A stretch of 64,000 nucleotides of DNA from an uncultured delta proteobacterium (GTDB taxonomy: Bacteria; Desulfobacterota; Desulfobacteria; Desulfobacterales; JAFDCJ01). The stretch covers positions 192,001 through 256,000 of the forward strand of contig CAVYNY010000018.1 of assembly GCA_963769935.1 (NCBI GenBank), in the 5' to 3' direction. This document shows, piece after piece, positions 40,895 to 50,754 of the stretch (positions are counted from its first letter, which is position 1; each line of letters begins with the position of its first letter). The notes under the pieces are model-generated. The model was not told where the DNA came from, ran no database searches, and saw nothing but the letters and a program-made list of their open reading frames with translations. The position numbers were made by a program, and so were the translations under genes.

Positions 40895-41458
40895 TCAGCT
40901 CAACAGAACTTCATACTCACTGAGTCTTTTATCTATTTTTCTGGCAGCGCCCAGCAGGGCATCCATTTGATCCCAGAATTTTGGGCTGTGGTTTTTGATG
41001 CGGGTGTGGACCAGTTCATGCAAAAGAGTGTAATCGATTAATTCTGGCGGCAGCCGCACCAGGTTAATGTTCAGATTTATATTGTTTTTATTGGAGCAAC
41101 TGCCCCATCTGGTTTTCTGATTTTTTATAAATACCCGGTTATAGCTAAAGCCATGCTTTTGGGCCAGCTGGTTGAGCCGGGTAATTAAAAGTGTTCGTGC
41201 TGCCGACCGATCGAGAGGACCGCTGTTTGCCAGCGTCTGCGCCCGTTCTTCAAGCCGCTCCATTTTGACGCGATACTTTTTAATCCACCCGGCCTTTGAT
41301 TGGGCAAATGATTTAGCCGTTTCAAAAGATACACCATAGGGAACCGCCACCCGCACGCCTTTAAACGGCCTTATGGATAAGCTGATCCGTTTGGCCCTGC
41401 GGCTGCGCTCAATTAATATGGTCCCGATGCTTCTCAGCTCAACTGTTTTCGAATTCAC
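40895..41458 (-). CDS. YgjP/DUF45-like metallopeptidase-domain protein
   Basis: QKTRWGSCS, IDY..LHELVH...NHS..FW. Confidence 0.88.
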   Translation of the reverse strand: MNSKTVELRSIGTILIERSRRAKRISLSIRPFKGVRVAVPYGVSFETAKSFAQSKAGWIKKYRVKMERLEERAQTLANSGPLDRSAARTLLITRLNQLAQKHGFSYNRVFIKNQKTRWGSCSNKNNINLNINLVRLPPELIDYTLLHELVHTRIKNHSPKFWDQMDALLGAARKIDKRLSEYEVLLS

Positions 41459-41475
41459 CTTCAGTTTGCCTCATA

Positions 41476-42597
41476 TTACTGAAATAATTCCCGGTATACG
41501 GCCCGCTTCTCTTTGGACCACCTTGGACAAAATGCGGGCTTGCCCTGCATCACCAGCTGCATACAGGCATCACATTTGGAACTGCAATTTAATATCGTCT
41601 GATCCCGGCCGCTGCGCGCCTTTTGCGGCCACTGCGGGTCCACCCACAGCACGCGCGCCAATCCGATCAGGTCCGCCTTTTGGGATTGCAGTATGGATTC
41701 CGCCCTGGCCGGGGTTGAAATCCGGCCCGCGGCAATCACCGGCACGTTGACCATTTTTTTGACGGCGCCGGCCAGCCCAACCATGTAGCCCGGTTTTTTG
41801 GATTTTTGGACGACCTCCGGCAGGTAAAACGATTCATAGGTCCCCCCCATGGTCGAAATATAGGCAATACCGTTTTGCGCCAGGGCCTGGGCCAGGACAA
41901 GGGACTCCTCCAGCCTCAGGCCGTCCGGCAGCCATTCTTCGGCCAGAAAACGATATCCCACCGGAAAATCCCCCACGGCATCTTTAACGCGTTTTAAAAC
42001 TTCCAGGGGAAACCGGATCCGGTTGGCAAGCTCCCCGCCGTAGCCGTCGGTACGTTGATTGGTTCGCGGCGATACAAACTGGGCCAGCAGGTAGCCGGTA
42101 CCACCATGCAGCTCCACGAGATCGAAACCGGCTTTTTTCACTCTTACCGCGGCATTGGCAAACTGTTTGGCAATGGTTGTGATTTCTTTGCGGGCAAGCG
42201 CCCGCGGGGTTCTATTGAAGGCCGCCACCGCCGAAGGCGCCACCGGATCGGCAACATGGGCAAAACGCCCGGCATGATTTATCTGCAGGCCGGCCCGGCT
42301 CTTTTGGTCTTTGATCGTTGCGGCCAGCTGGGCCAGATCGGGTAGGCAGCGATTGTGGTCACAGCGGATCGTTCGCGGCGAGCCGCTGCCGCCCGGCGCA
42401 ATACTGACATTTTCGACCATGATCATGGCGGCCCCGCTTTGGGCCATGAGTTTGTAATGATACAGCAGCAGCGGCGAAATCTTGCCGCCGGCAGCGGCAT
42501 ACCCCAGATAGAGCGGCGCCATGGTAATACGGTTTTTAAGCTTTAAGCCGTTTAATTTTATGGGCTTAAAAAGGTTCGGATAAACGGTGTTTTTCAT
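41476..42597 (-). CDS. NADH:flavin oxidoreductase (OYE family)
   Basis: KNRITMAP, QINHAGR, GFDLVELHG..GYL..QF.SP.TNQRTDGYGG, C-terminal Cys cluster. Confidence 0.9.
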   Translation of the reverse strand: MKNTVYPNLFKPIKLNGLKLKNRITMAPLYLGYAAAGGKISPLLLYHYKLMAQSGAAMIMVENVSIAPGGSGSPRTIRCDHNRCLPDLAQLAATIKDQKSRAGLQINHAGRFAHVADPVAPSAVAAFNRTPRALARKEITTIAKQFANAAVRVKKAGFDLVELHGGTGYLLAQFVSPRTNQRTDGYGGELANRIRFPLEVLKRVKDAVGDFPVGYRFLAEEWLPDGLRLEESLVLAQALAQNGIAYISTMGGTYESFYLPEVVQKSKKPGYMVGLAGAVKKMVNVPVIAAGRISTPARAESILQSQKADLIGLARVLWVDPQWPQKARSGRDQTILNCSSKCDACMQLVMQGKPAFCPRWSKEKRAVYRELFQ

Positions 42598-42682
42598 TTC
42601 GGTCTCCCTTTTAACGGCTGCACTTCCGATTCTTTAATCTCATGATCTTTCAGGCCGTAACAAATTGAGTGGGTCTGCCAGG

Positions 42683-42843
42683 CTAGCCCTCATAGCGGCA
42701 GCTTTCAAGCTCCGGAGCAAAACAACTTTGTGTGAAATTTCCAACATGGAATCTTTATCCACAGTTCCAACATATTTTTCAAGTTTATTTTTTGCGACGG
42801 CATGAATATTATCGGCCTGAATAATGGACGGCTTTGGCAGATT
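42683..42843 (-). pseudogene. PemK/MazF toxin C-terminal remnant
   Basis: Manual translation NLPKPSIIQADNIHAVAKNKLEKYVGTVDKDSMLEISHKVVL, then a frameshift. Confidence 0.6.
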
Positions 42844-43162
42844 GACCTTTTGACAGGCACCTACCTCTGTTGCTTTTTATTGATTTTATTGAATCTTTCG
42901 GTCATGGTTTTAATTTGATTTCCGGATTTTTCCAATAGAAACGACCGGAACCCAGGGAATACAATTAATCATGCCGGCCTGGGTTCATTTGATCTTGACA
43001 CCCATCTCCAGCAACCTTATGTTTTTGCACAAAATGTAAATAGTTAACATGCCAAAATCCTCTGCGGGCCGGAGACAAGATTTCCCACCGGAACATAGGC
43101 ATTAGCAACGCTCCGGGCTGGAAGCGGGGCCGAAACCCCCAACTTGTTCAAGGGCACTATAA

Positions 43163-43966
43163 ATGAAGAAGCCGTATTTGACCGCCGTCCTTTGGGCACT
43201 GCTGCTCATGGCCTGCGCCACAAGTCCGACCGGAAGACATCAGCTCATGCTCGTCTCGGAGGACACGGCCATTTCCGCCTCCAAGGAGGCTTACGTCGAG
43301 ATGCTGAAACCTTATGCCCAGCAAGGCAAGATCGACAACGATCCGGCATTGAAAAAGCGTGTCGATAATATTGCCGGCCGTTTGATTGCTCAGGCCATCA
43401 AGATGCGGCCGGAAACAAAAAACTGGGAATGGAGCATCAAGATTATCGATGATCCCAATACGGTCAACGCCTGGGCCATGGCCGGCGGCAAAATGGCCCT
43501 TTATACGGGTCTTGTAGATAAAATCAAGCCGACGGATGACGAGCTGGCCCAGGTCCTCGGCCATGAGATTGCCCATGCCCTGGCCAAGCATACCGCCGAA
43601 AAGATGTCGGTGGCCATGGTCAGTTCCATCGGAGTGATGGCGGTGGGTATGGCGGCGGACAGCAAGGGCTTGGCCCTAAGCGGGGCGGGGCTGGCCGCCG
43701 CTTTGGCCGTAGAAAAACCAAACAGCCGCGCCGCAGAATCCGAGGCGGATCGTATCGGGATCGAACTGGCGGCCAAGGCCGGCTATGACCCGCGGGCGGC
43801 GATCACCCTGTGGCAAAAGATGGCCAAGGTCGGCGGCAAGGGTCCGCCTCAATTTCTCAGCACCCACCCGTCTCCTGCCAATCGAGAAGAGAAGCTCGCC
43901 GAGTACGTACCCGAGATGATGCCCTATTACGAACAGAAGGGAGATCGTCCGGTTTACAAACTGTAA
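43163..43966 (+). CDS. M48 family metallopeptidase lipoprotein
   Basis: Lipobox LLMAC, NAWAMAGG, HEIAH, E.EAD.IG, LSTHP. Confidence 0.92.
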   Translation: MKKPYLTAVLWALLLMACATSPTGRHQLMLVSEDTAISASKEAYVEMLKPYAQQGKIDNDPALKKRVDNIAGRLIAQAIKMRPETKNWEWSIKIIDDPNTVNAWAMAGGKMALYTGLVDKIKPTDDELAQVLGHEIAHALAKHTAEKMSVAMVSSIGVMAVGMAADSKGLALSGAGLAAALAVEKPNSRAAESEADRIGIELAAKAGYDPRAAITLWQKMAKVGGKGPPQFLSTHPSPANREEKLAEYVPEMMPYYEQKGDRPVYKL

Positions 43967-43985
43967 CCAGATAAGGAGAATACCA

Positions 43986-44516
43986 ATGGGAATACCCAAG
44001 CCGCTAAACAAAGCGCAGGCGCCGGTCGAGCTGCATAAAATCTACGATGCAATGCAGGAATCCATCGGAAAAATGCCCAATGTTTTTGGAGTCGTCGCCA
44101 GGTTTCCGGCGGCCCTGAAAACACTCATTCAATTTTACGATGCGGTCATGAGCAAGGGCAAAATAGAGGCCAAATACAAAGAGCTGGCCTATCTGAAAGC
44201 ATCCAGCATAAATGCCTGCCGCTACTGAACCCTCTTTCACACTGCTTCGGCGAAGCAGATCGGCGTAACCGATGAACAAATTGAGACGCTGCGGTTTTAC
44301 CAGCGCAGCGAGGCCTTCGATGAAAAAGAAAAAACCACTATTCGCTTTGCGGATATTGTTACCCGCGGGGCAGCGGCGGTCGACGAGGCCGTGCTGGCGT
44401 ACGTCGGAAAATATTATTCCGAGGATGAAATTGTTGAGCTGACGATGGTGATTGCCCTGGCCAATATGGTCAATCGGATCAACGATGCTCTGGAAATCGA
44501 GCCCGATATGGGGTGA
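43986..44516 (+). CDS. AhpD/carboxymuconolactone decarboxylase-family selenoprotein (CxxU), 176 aa
   Basis: TGA at 44226-44228 lies in NACRY-U-TLFH; the frame stays open for 95 more sense codons with CMD-like sequence (FDEKEK...EIVEL...IALANMVNRINDAL) to TGA 44514-44516. Confidence 0.85.
44242..44258 (+). promoter_or_regulatory. Putative bacterial SECIS hairpin
   Basis: CTGCTTC-GGC-GAAGCAG: 7-bp perfect stem with G-containing loop, starting 14 nt after the TGA. Confidence 0.65.
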
Positions 44517-44682
44517 GGTTGAACGGGAATTCCGTCTAGAGATTACAAATCAGATTTCTCAGTAGAAAAACATAAATAATTTCGAATACATACACGGCGT
44601 TTTAAATGTTTTGCCACGTTGGGTGGAATATTTAATAAGCCGTCCCGAAACTGATAAGTTGTTACAATGAAGCTGTGTATAA

Positions 44683-45094
44683 TTATATTTTAAATTCAGG
44701 CTGACGTTTTTCTTTAAAGGCCAGCATGCCCTCTGCGGCCTCATTGGTTCCCCAGAAAAAAGTCAACAGCTCCATCCCGGCTTCCACACTAGGGGACAGC
44801 ATGTCGTAGTAGACATTGTGCATTCATGGTTTTAAAGTCCATGAGATAGGCCCGCCGCTCGGCAGCACCGGCTTTGGTCAGCGACAACAACTCTTCCAGA
44901 TCTCCGCCGGCACACCAGGCTTTGCCGGCACCCTTTAGAACAACGACCCGCACATCGGTCTTGGAGTCGGCTTGTTTTAAGGCCGCTGTCAAATCCAGGA
45001 CCAGTTGCCGATTGAGGGCATTGAATACCTGCGGGCGGTTAAGGGTCAGGTAACAAATACCGCTTTTCGCTTCGTAGATGACGGTCGAGTCCAT
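44683..45094 (-). pseudogene. Enoyl-CoA hydratase with internal deletion
   Basis: N-terminus LTLNRP..FNAL...AWCAGGDL is joined out of frame at ~44822 to C-terminus ...TNEAAEGMLAFKEKRQPEFKI*. Confidence 0.8.
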
Positions 45095-45155
45095 GGTCGT
45101 TCCTTTCCTGAAATTGAATTTATAACATCTGGGGATGAAGCCCCTGACTCATACC

Positions 45156-45809
45156 CTATACCATTTTTTTGTCGGGTTCCGGCAGGCGGCGAATGAGAAG
45201 CAGCGCTGCCAGCGGGATAAAAGCGACGCAGTTTAAAACCGATCGGATCCCGAAAGCATCGGCCATCTTGCCGGTTAAAGGCAACAATAACCCTGCTGTG
45301 CCCAGGGCCAAGCCCATGACGATGCTGGACACCAGAGAACGCCCCCTGGTGGCTACCTTTTGAGCCAGCGCCACGGCAGGAAATAAGGTGGCCAGGAGAA
45401 GGAATCCGGATACAAATGCAAAGGGATAAATTTGCCGTCCATCAGCATTGATGAACAGCAGGATGCAGGGCGAAGAGAAAACAAAGGAAAAAAAATAAAC
45501 GGGTTTAAAGCCAATCCGATCCACCAGGTGGCCACAGACAAGAGCACTAAGGGCGCCGCCAACGGTAAACAGGGAAACGATGGTGCCTACCGACATCAGC
45601 GAGTGTCCTTCTGCGGCCGTCAGGACCGGTATGAAGGTCAGAAGGGACTGCTCCACGAAAGCTCTGGAAAAAGCGATCGACCAGATAAATAAAACCGGTT
45701 TCCATACTTCACCGATACTCTCCTTTAGCAAACCGATAAAATCACTTCCGGTACGGTCGGCATCATCTGGGGCCGGTATCAAGAAGAAAAGAAAAACAAA
45801 GACCACCAC
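45156..45809 (-). pseudogene. MFS transporter (Fsr-like), C-terminal half only
   Basis: [16 protein letters not shown] and about 6 TM helices; N-terminal half replaced by the SDR sequence. Confidence 0.7.
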
Positions 45810-46486
45810 CCGGGCAACTTCTGCCGCCGCGCCACACGGTTTAAGGGGCTCTGGGCGCGAATGGCATCTCCCTCGGGGCCGGCGAGCACGGATGCCGCCA
45901 TCTCGGTTTCCACAAATCCGGGAGCCACGGCGTAAATGAAAATATTATGAGGGGCCAGAGCCTGGGCCATGGATTGGCTGAAGGCGTTGAGTCCGGCCTT
46001 GCTGGCACCGTAGGCCGGGGCGTTCGGCTCACCCCGGAAGGCACCCCGCGAGGTGATGTTGATGATTTTGCCGCCGCCGGTATTCAGCATGTGGCGGGCC
46101 ACATGAAAAGACAGATGGGCCGGTCCCATCAGGTTCGTAGAGACGGTCCTTTCCCAGCTCTGCCGCCACTGCTCGAAAGAGCTCGTGGCAACCGGATGAA
46201 ATTCATACACCCCGGCATTGTTGACCAGCACATCGATTTTACCCATTTCATTCACCGCTTTTTGCGCCAGGTCGCCGACCGCATTGGCATCGGCCAAATC
46301 CGCCTGCAAAAGCAGGTGAGAATTGTCCGGAACGTCCGCCAGGGTTTGCTCGGCGGCCCTGCGGTCTTGATGATAATGTGCCACGAGGCGGACACCCCGT
46401 TCGGCAAACTGGCGGGCAATCTCACGTCCAATTCCGCGGGACGCCCCCGTTACCATCACCACTTTGCCTGAAAAATCTGTTCTCAT
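45779..46486 (-). CDS. SDR oxidoreductase, C-terminally truncated or fused to the MFS remnant
   Basis: [31 protein letters not shown]; the usual final ASxxxxYxTG...DGG segment is absent. Confidence 0.8.
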   Translation of the reverse strand: MRTDFSGKVVMVTGASRGIGREIARQFAERGVRLVAHYHQDRRAAEQTLADVPDNSHLLLQADLADANAVGDLAQKAVNEMGKIDVLVNNAGVYEFHPVATSSFEQWRQSWERTVSTNLMGPAHLSFHVARHMLNTGGGKIINITSRGAFRGEPNAPAYGASKAGLNAFSQSMAQALAPHNIFIYAVAPGFVETEMAASVLAGPEGDAIRAQSPLNRVARRQKLPGWWSLFFFSS

Positions 46487-46562
46487 CTTTATAGTGTCCT
46501 TCACGAATAGGGATGAGGTTCTGAGACGGACGCGGTCGAATTGCACTCGATTACCGTCTAGG

Positions 46563-46958
46563 TCATTGCTGTGGGATATAAATATTTTCTCTGTTTTTAC
46601 CCGAAGTTGCCGGTGACGCCGGGGCAATATCAGAAGGTAGCTTGCAACCGCACGCGGTTCGTGCAGCAGTTTCCAGACGGCGATCCCAGTAGAGGGTATC
46701 GCCTTTTTCACAGACCCAATGTCGGTGATAATGGTAGCAGCGGATGCGAATCCCCTCCGCTGGACAGGTCATGAAATATTCCCCCGATCCGTAATAGTCC
46801 GAAGGTTTGTGCTCAAAAACGATCTCCCTGCAATCTTCCGCCAGACCGCTTCCGGACAGGCTGCCGACCAACCAAAAGTGAAAAAACAGAAAGAAATAAA
46901 ATGTGGAACGCGATTTAAAAGGCCAAAATTCCATGCCTGTTTCTTCATCCTCTCCCAA
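46563..46958 (-). CDS. Hypothetical small Cys-rich, probably exported protein
   Basis: Hydrophobic N-terminal stretch ending GLA-ED; six Cys; CYHYHRHWVC motif. Confidence 0.5.
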   Translation of the reverse strand: MGEDEETGMEFWPFKSRSTFYFFLFFHFWLVGSLSGSGLAEDCREIVFEHKPSDYYGSGEYFMTCPAEGIRIRCYHYHRHWVCEKGDTLYWDRRLETAARTACGCKLPSDIAPASPATSGKNRENIYIPQQ

Positions 46959-46987
46959 TGATCATTCTATGTTGGGCGTTTAACGCC

Positions 46988-48538
46988 TCAGCGTGATTCG
47001 ATGTTTATCTTTTCAGCTCCTCCCACAAACACCTTGCTAATCTTGATGCCGGCTAATTGTTCGGCATCCACGGTGAAAGGATCAGCGCTTAGAACAACCA
47101 GATCCGCCAGCTTCCCCGGTTCAATTGTTCCCTTTTCCTTTTCCTCAAATGCACTCCAGGCGGCGGTGGTGGTGAACATTTCAAGGGCTTCATAGCGGGT
47201 GACGCGCTCATCCGCGTTGGGGTGATTGACCGCTGCCTGTATCCCGGCCAGGGGGTTATAAGGGGTCACCGGGCTGTCCGATCCGCCGCAAATGGCAATC
47301 CCGTGATCCAGGATGGTGCGGTAGGGATGGACCCGCTCGAGTCTGGCGGCACCCAACAGGGTCGCATAGAATTGCATGTTCTGTTGGCCGATGAAAGCCG
47401 GAATGAAGGCCGGCTGCATGCCGGTTATAATGCCGGCTTTGGCCATCCTTTCAATCTGGTTGTGGGTCGGCAGTTCCAGGTGTTCGATGCGGTGGCGATG
47501 GTCGGTCCTGGGAAAATCCCGCAGCGCCTTTTCCATGGCCCACAACACCTGCTCAATCGAGCGTTCGGATTCGCAGTGAACCGCGATCTGCAGCCCGGCC
47601 CGGTTGGCTTCCAGGATGAATTGGTCCATGGTTTGCTGATTGTAGGTTAATTCACCGTAGTTGTCGGGTTCATCCGCATATGGTTCGAAAAGGGCGGCGG
47701 TGTGCGCCTCAAAAGCACCGTCCGCACAAATGCACCCGCCCACCCGGGGCAGGCCCAGATCCCGCACCTCACTCAGATCCATAGACTGGTTGTAGCAGAC
47801 AACCCTCAGCGGAAGTTTGTCCCGGTGCGCCCAGATCACAGCGGTGTCTCCCGGTCCCAGATCACCGCCGTCCAGGGCGTGCAGGGTGGTGATGCCACTG
47901 CCCAGCGCCATTTGCGACGCCTGCTGCAGGAATTCAATCTTTTCATTTTCCGCGACAAGTCTGCTCATGGCCGGATGAACAAAGGTCAGGATACCCGGAT
48001 CGCGAATGACTCCGGTGAGTCGGCCGGCCGCCTGGTCCACACCGGCAAGCGCCAGCGGCGGGTCGATCAGCGCCAGGCCCCGGGAGTTAAAAGAACACAT
48101 GTGGCAGGTGGCATGCAGGATAAAAACCGGATGCTCCGGGCATACCCGGTCCAAATCGGTGCGATCGGGCATCCGCTTTTCGGCAAGGTTCTGTTCGTTG
48201 AGAAAACTGCCCCGGATCCAGAAACCATTGGGGGTTTGCCTGGCCGCCTGCTCAATTTTTGCCAGCATTTGATCGATATCTTCAACATCATTGAGATGCA
48301 CGGCGGCGGCCATCAGGCCCGTCAGCATCATATGCTCGTGGGTGTCAATAAAACCGGGCACAACGGTTTGGCCCTCGAAATCCAGCACCGGCCACCCCTG
48401 CGCGACGAAACTTTGAACATCGGCGTTGCTGCCGACCCTCAAAATCCGCATGCCTTCAACGGCCAGCGCCTGCGCACGGGCGTCCTTGTTCTCCATGGTA
48501 ATGATGTTGGCGTTTTGAATGATAAACCGTTCTTGCAT
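46988..48538 (-). CDS. Amidohydrolase 3 (YtcJ/NfdA-like)
   Basis: PGFIDTHEH, ADG, AVH, RHRIEH, GSDSP, GTIEPGKLADLVVL. Confidence 0.9.
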   Translation of the reverse strand: MQERFIIQNANIITMENKDARAQALAVEGMRILRVGSNADVQSFVAQGWPVLDFEGQTVVPGFIDTHEHMMLTGLMAAAVHLNDVEDIDQMLAKIEQAARQTPNGFWIRGSFLNEQNLAEKRMPDRTDLDRVCPEHPVFILHATCHMCSFNSRGLALIDPPLALAGVDQAAGRLTGVIRDPGILTFVHPAMSRLVAENEKIEFLQQASQMALGSGITTLHALDGGDLGPGDTAVIWAHRDKLPLRVVCYNQSMDLSEVRDLGLPRVGGCICADGAFEAHTAALFEPYADEPDNYGELTYNQQTMDQFILEANRAGLQIAVHCESERSIEQVLWAMEKALRDFPRTDHRHRIEHLELPTHNQIERMAKAGIITGMQPAFIPAFIGQQNMQFYATLLGAARLERVHPYRTILDHGIAICGGSDSPVTPYNPLAGIQAAVNHPNADERVTRYEALEMFTTTAAWSAFEEKEKGTIEPGKLADLVVLSADPFTVDAEQLAGIKISKVFVGGAEKINIESR

Positions 48539-48566
48539 GTGACGCTCCCGCTGAAGGTATTCCGGA

Positions 48567-49571
48567 TCAGGCTGTTTTTTCCCGGGTTTGGGGTCCGGAC
48601 TGCAACCGGCCGGCGCCACGCCCTCTGAACCGCGCAATGCGGCTGTCGACCCAATCGATAAACTGCATCAGGCCGCCCGGAAAGAATAAAATGATCGCAC
48701 ATATCAATGCGCCCAACAACGCCAGGCGCAGGGTGCCTGCCAGGCGCAAAAACTCGTTGCCGAAAACAATGATGACTGCCCCGAGCACCGCCCCCGGAAA
48801 TCGTCCGACGCCGCCCATTTCCATCATGGCGATGGTTAAAAGAAAGGGCTCGATCGCCAGCGTCGTCGGGGAAATGTCACCCAGATAATGCACGTAGAAT
48901 CCGCCCGTAATTCCTGTCAAAAAGGAGACCAGGGCAAAGACCTTAATTTTTTCTTTGTATTCATTGACCCCCAGCGCCGTGGCAAAGTCTCTGGAATCCC
49001 TTAAGGCTACAAAAGCCAGGCCCGTCGACGAATGGATGACTTTGTATATGATGGTGAGGATAAACAAAAATAGAACAAATGTAATATAATAGCTCTGCAT
49101 CCGGGTGATGCCTTCAAAAAGCGGCGGAATATCGTGAAGCCCCATGGCGCCGCCGGTGATCGAGCGTGTCTGGGTCAAAATGGTGGGCAAAGAATCGGCA
49201 AATATCAGAGACAGCAGCGCTATGTAGATTCCGCTTAACCTCAAGGCGGGCAGGCCGACAAAAAACGTTACCAGCACCATGCTGGCCAGCCCCCCCAGCA
49301 CGATGCAAAGCCAGGGCGACCAACCGAAAGTCTTGCACAATATGCCCGAGGCATATCCGCCGATCGCAAAGTAGCCGATATTGCCCAAAGAAAATATCCC
49401 GGCGTAGCCCATCAGCAAATTCCAGTTGGATGCCACCAGGGCCCAGATGAAAAAAAGAATGAATATGTGCATGATATAGGAGTCGCCGTGGATAACCGGG
49501 TAGATGGCGACGAACACAAGGCCGAGCATAATCCCAATTTTTTTCCAGTTAAAAAATTCTGACATCATCAT
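48567..49571 (-). CDS. HAAT (Liv-type) ABC permease, LivM-like
   Basis: NLLMGYAG..SLG, PALRL.G.Y.A, G.AF.ALRD. Confidence 0.9.
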   Translation of the reverse strand: MMMSEFFNWKKIGIMLGLVFVAIYPVIHGDSYIMHIFILFFIWALVASNWNLLMGYAGIFSLGNIGYFAIGGYASGILCKTFGWSPWLCIVLGGLASMVLVTFFVGLPALRLSGIYIALLSLIFADSLPTILTQTRSITGGAMGLHDIPPLFEGITRMQSYYITFVLFLFILTIIYKVIHSSTGLAFVALRDSRDFATALGVNEYKEKIKVFALVSFLTGITGGFYVHYLGDISPTTLAIEPFLLTIAMMEMGGVGRFPGAVLGAVIIVFGNEFLRLAGTLRLALLGALICAIILFFPGGLMQFIDWVDSRIARFRGRGAGRLQSGPQTREKTA

Positions 49572-49598
49572 CGAGCATACCTGCAATTAAATTCAGTA

Positions 49599-49730
49599 TG
49601 GAATAATGGAATGATGAAAAAATGGAATATTGGTTATAAGCAGCGGATGACATCCTGATTTTAATTTCTGATAAGATCTACCAGTATAAAAATAGATTTC
49701 ATTCCCCCAAACCCATTATTCCAATACCCC
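49599..49730. repeat. Family A-like element (TGGAAT variant) between livH and livM
   Basis: TGGAATAATGG (49599-49609) / CCATTATTCCA (49713-49723) perfect inverted repeat; 8-nt periodic left arm. Confidence 0.7.
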
Positions 49731-49798
49731 ATGGCATTCGTTTACGGCAAAGCCTGCTTTCTCGGACATCGTCCAGAGGATCAAGCATTCAATGTTAG

Positions 49799-50668
49799 TT
49801 AGAGCGTTCGTCCACCCGCCAGGCCCTGGGGGCGCAAAAGAAGGATGATTACAAAAATAACAAACCAAACCGGCCAAACCCAGAGGGAACCCAGGTAAAG
49901 GGTCACGAGGGCTTCGGCGATCCCCATGACAAAGGCCGCATAAACAGCCCCGGTGGCGCTGCCCAATCCCCCGAGCACGACGATCACAAATCCTCTGACC
50001 ATCCAGTCCCAGCCGATGTGAGGGGTCATATAATATTTTGTTCCCAGCAGAATCCCGCTGAAGCCCGTCACCACCGTGGCCAAGGCAAATGCATAGCCGA
50101 ATATCTTGTTGATGTTGATGCCCACGATTCTGGCACCATCCATGTCCTGGGCCACGGCCCGCATGGCCTGGCCAAACCAGGTCTTCTTCAGGAAAAGGTT
50201 TAAGGCGATAATAAAGATAAAAACAATGCTGATCAGACTGATATCGTGCCAGTTAACCCGCACGAATCCGATCTTGAGGCTTCCGTCAAAAAATTCCGGA
50301 ATGTGCTTGACTCGGGGCCCGAATGCTTGCAGGGTCAGGTTTTCCAGGAGAATCCCCATGCCGAGAAGAAAAATGATCGTTGAAAATTCCCAGTTGGGGG
50401 TTTTGAGAAGCGGGTTGATGGTCGCCTTGAAAAGCATCAGCCCGAAAAAGAACATAATGACCATGGCAATCAGCGCGGAGGGAATAAAACCAAGGCCGGT
50501 TTGGTTCAGGAAAAACCAGGTAAAGTAGCCGCCCAAAACCGCCACGATGCCGTGGCCGAAATTAAATACGTGAATGACGCCGTAAATGATGGTCAACCCC
50601 AGCGCCATGGTGGCATAGAGGGAACCCGATATCAGGCCGCTTAGCAGTGTATTGATAATATCCCTGAT
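49799..50668 (-). CDS. HAAT ABC permease, LivH-like; probable non-canonical ATC start
   Basis: IRDIINTLLSGLISGSLYATMALGLTIIYGV..VFNFGHG; AGGAGG 6 nt upstream of ATC 50668. Confidence 0.85.
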   Translation of the reverse strand: MRDIINTLLSGLISGSLYATMALGLTIIYGVIHVFNFGHGIVAVLGGYFTWFFLNQTGLGFIPSALIAMVIMFFFGLMLFKATINPLLKTPNWEFSTIIFLLGMGILLENLTLQAFGPRVKHIPEFFDGSLKIGFVRVNWHDISLISIVFIFIIALNLFLKKTWFGQAMRAVAQDMDGARIVGININKIFGYAFALATVVTGFSGILLGTKYYMTPHIGWDWMVRGFVIVVLGGLGSATGAVYAAFVMGIAEALVTLYLGSLWVWPVWFVIFVIILLLRPQGLAGGRTL

Positions 50669-50754
50669 GGCACACCTCCTGTTGTGGACTGAAGCCGCTG
50701 TCTTTTCCGGCGGATGCAGTAATTTTTTTTACGACCTGCCGGATATTTCACGGG

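Noticed and set aside
43050..43141. Possible riboswitch in the M48 leader (GCAACGCTCCGGGCTGGAAGCGGGGCCGAAACCCC)
   Set aside because: Only a loose resemblance to the 3' half of c-di-GMP-I; the GGCAAAC/GAAA P2 stem is absent. An Rfam search is needed
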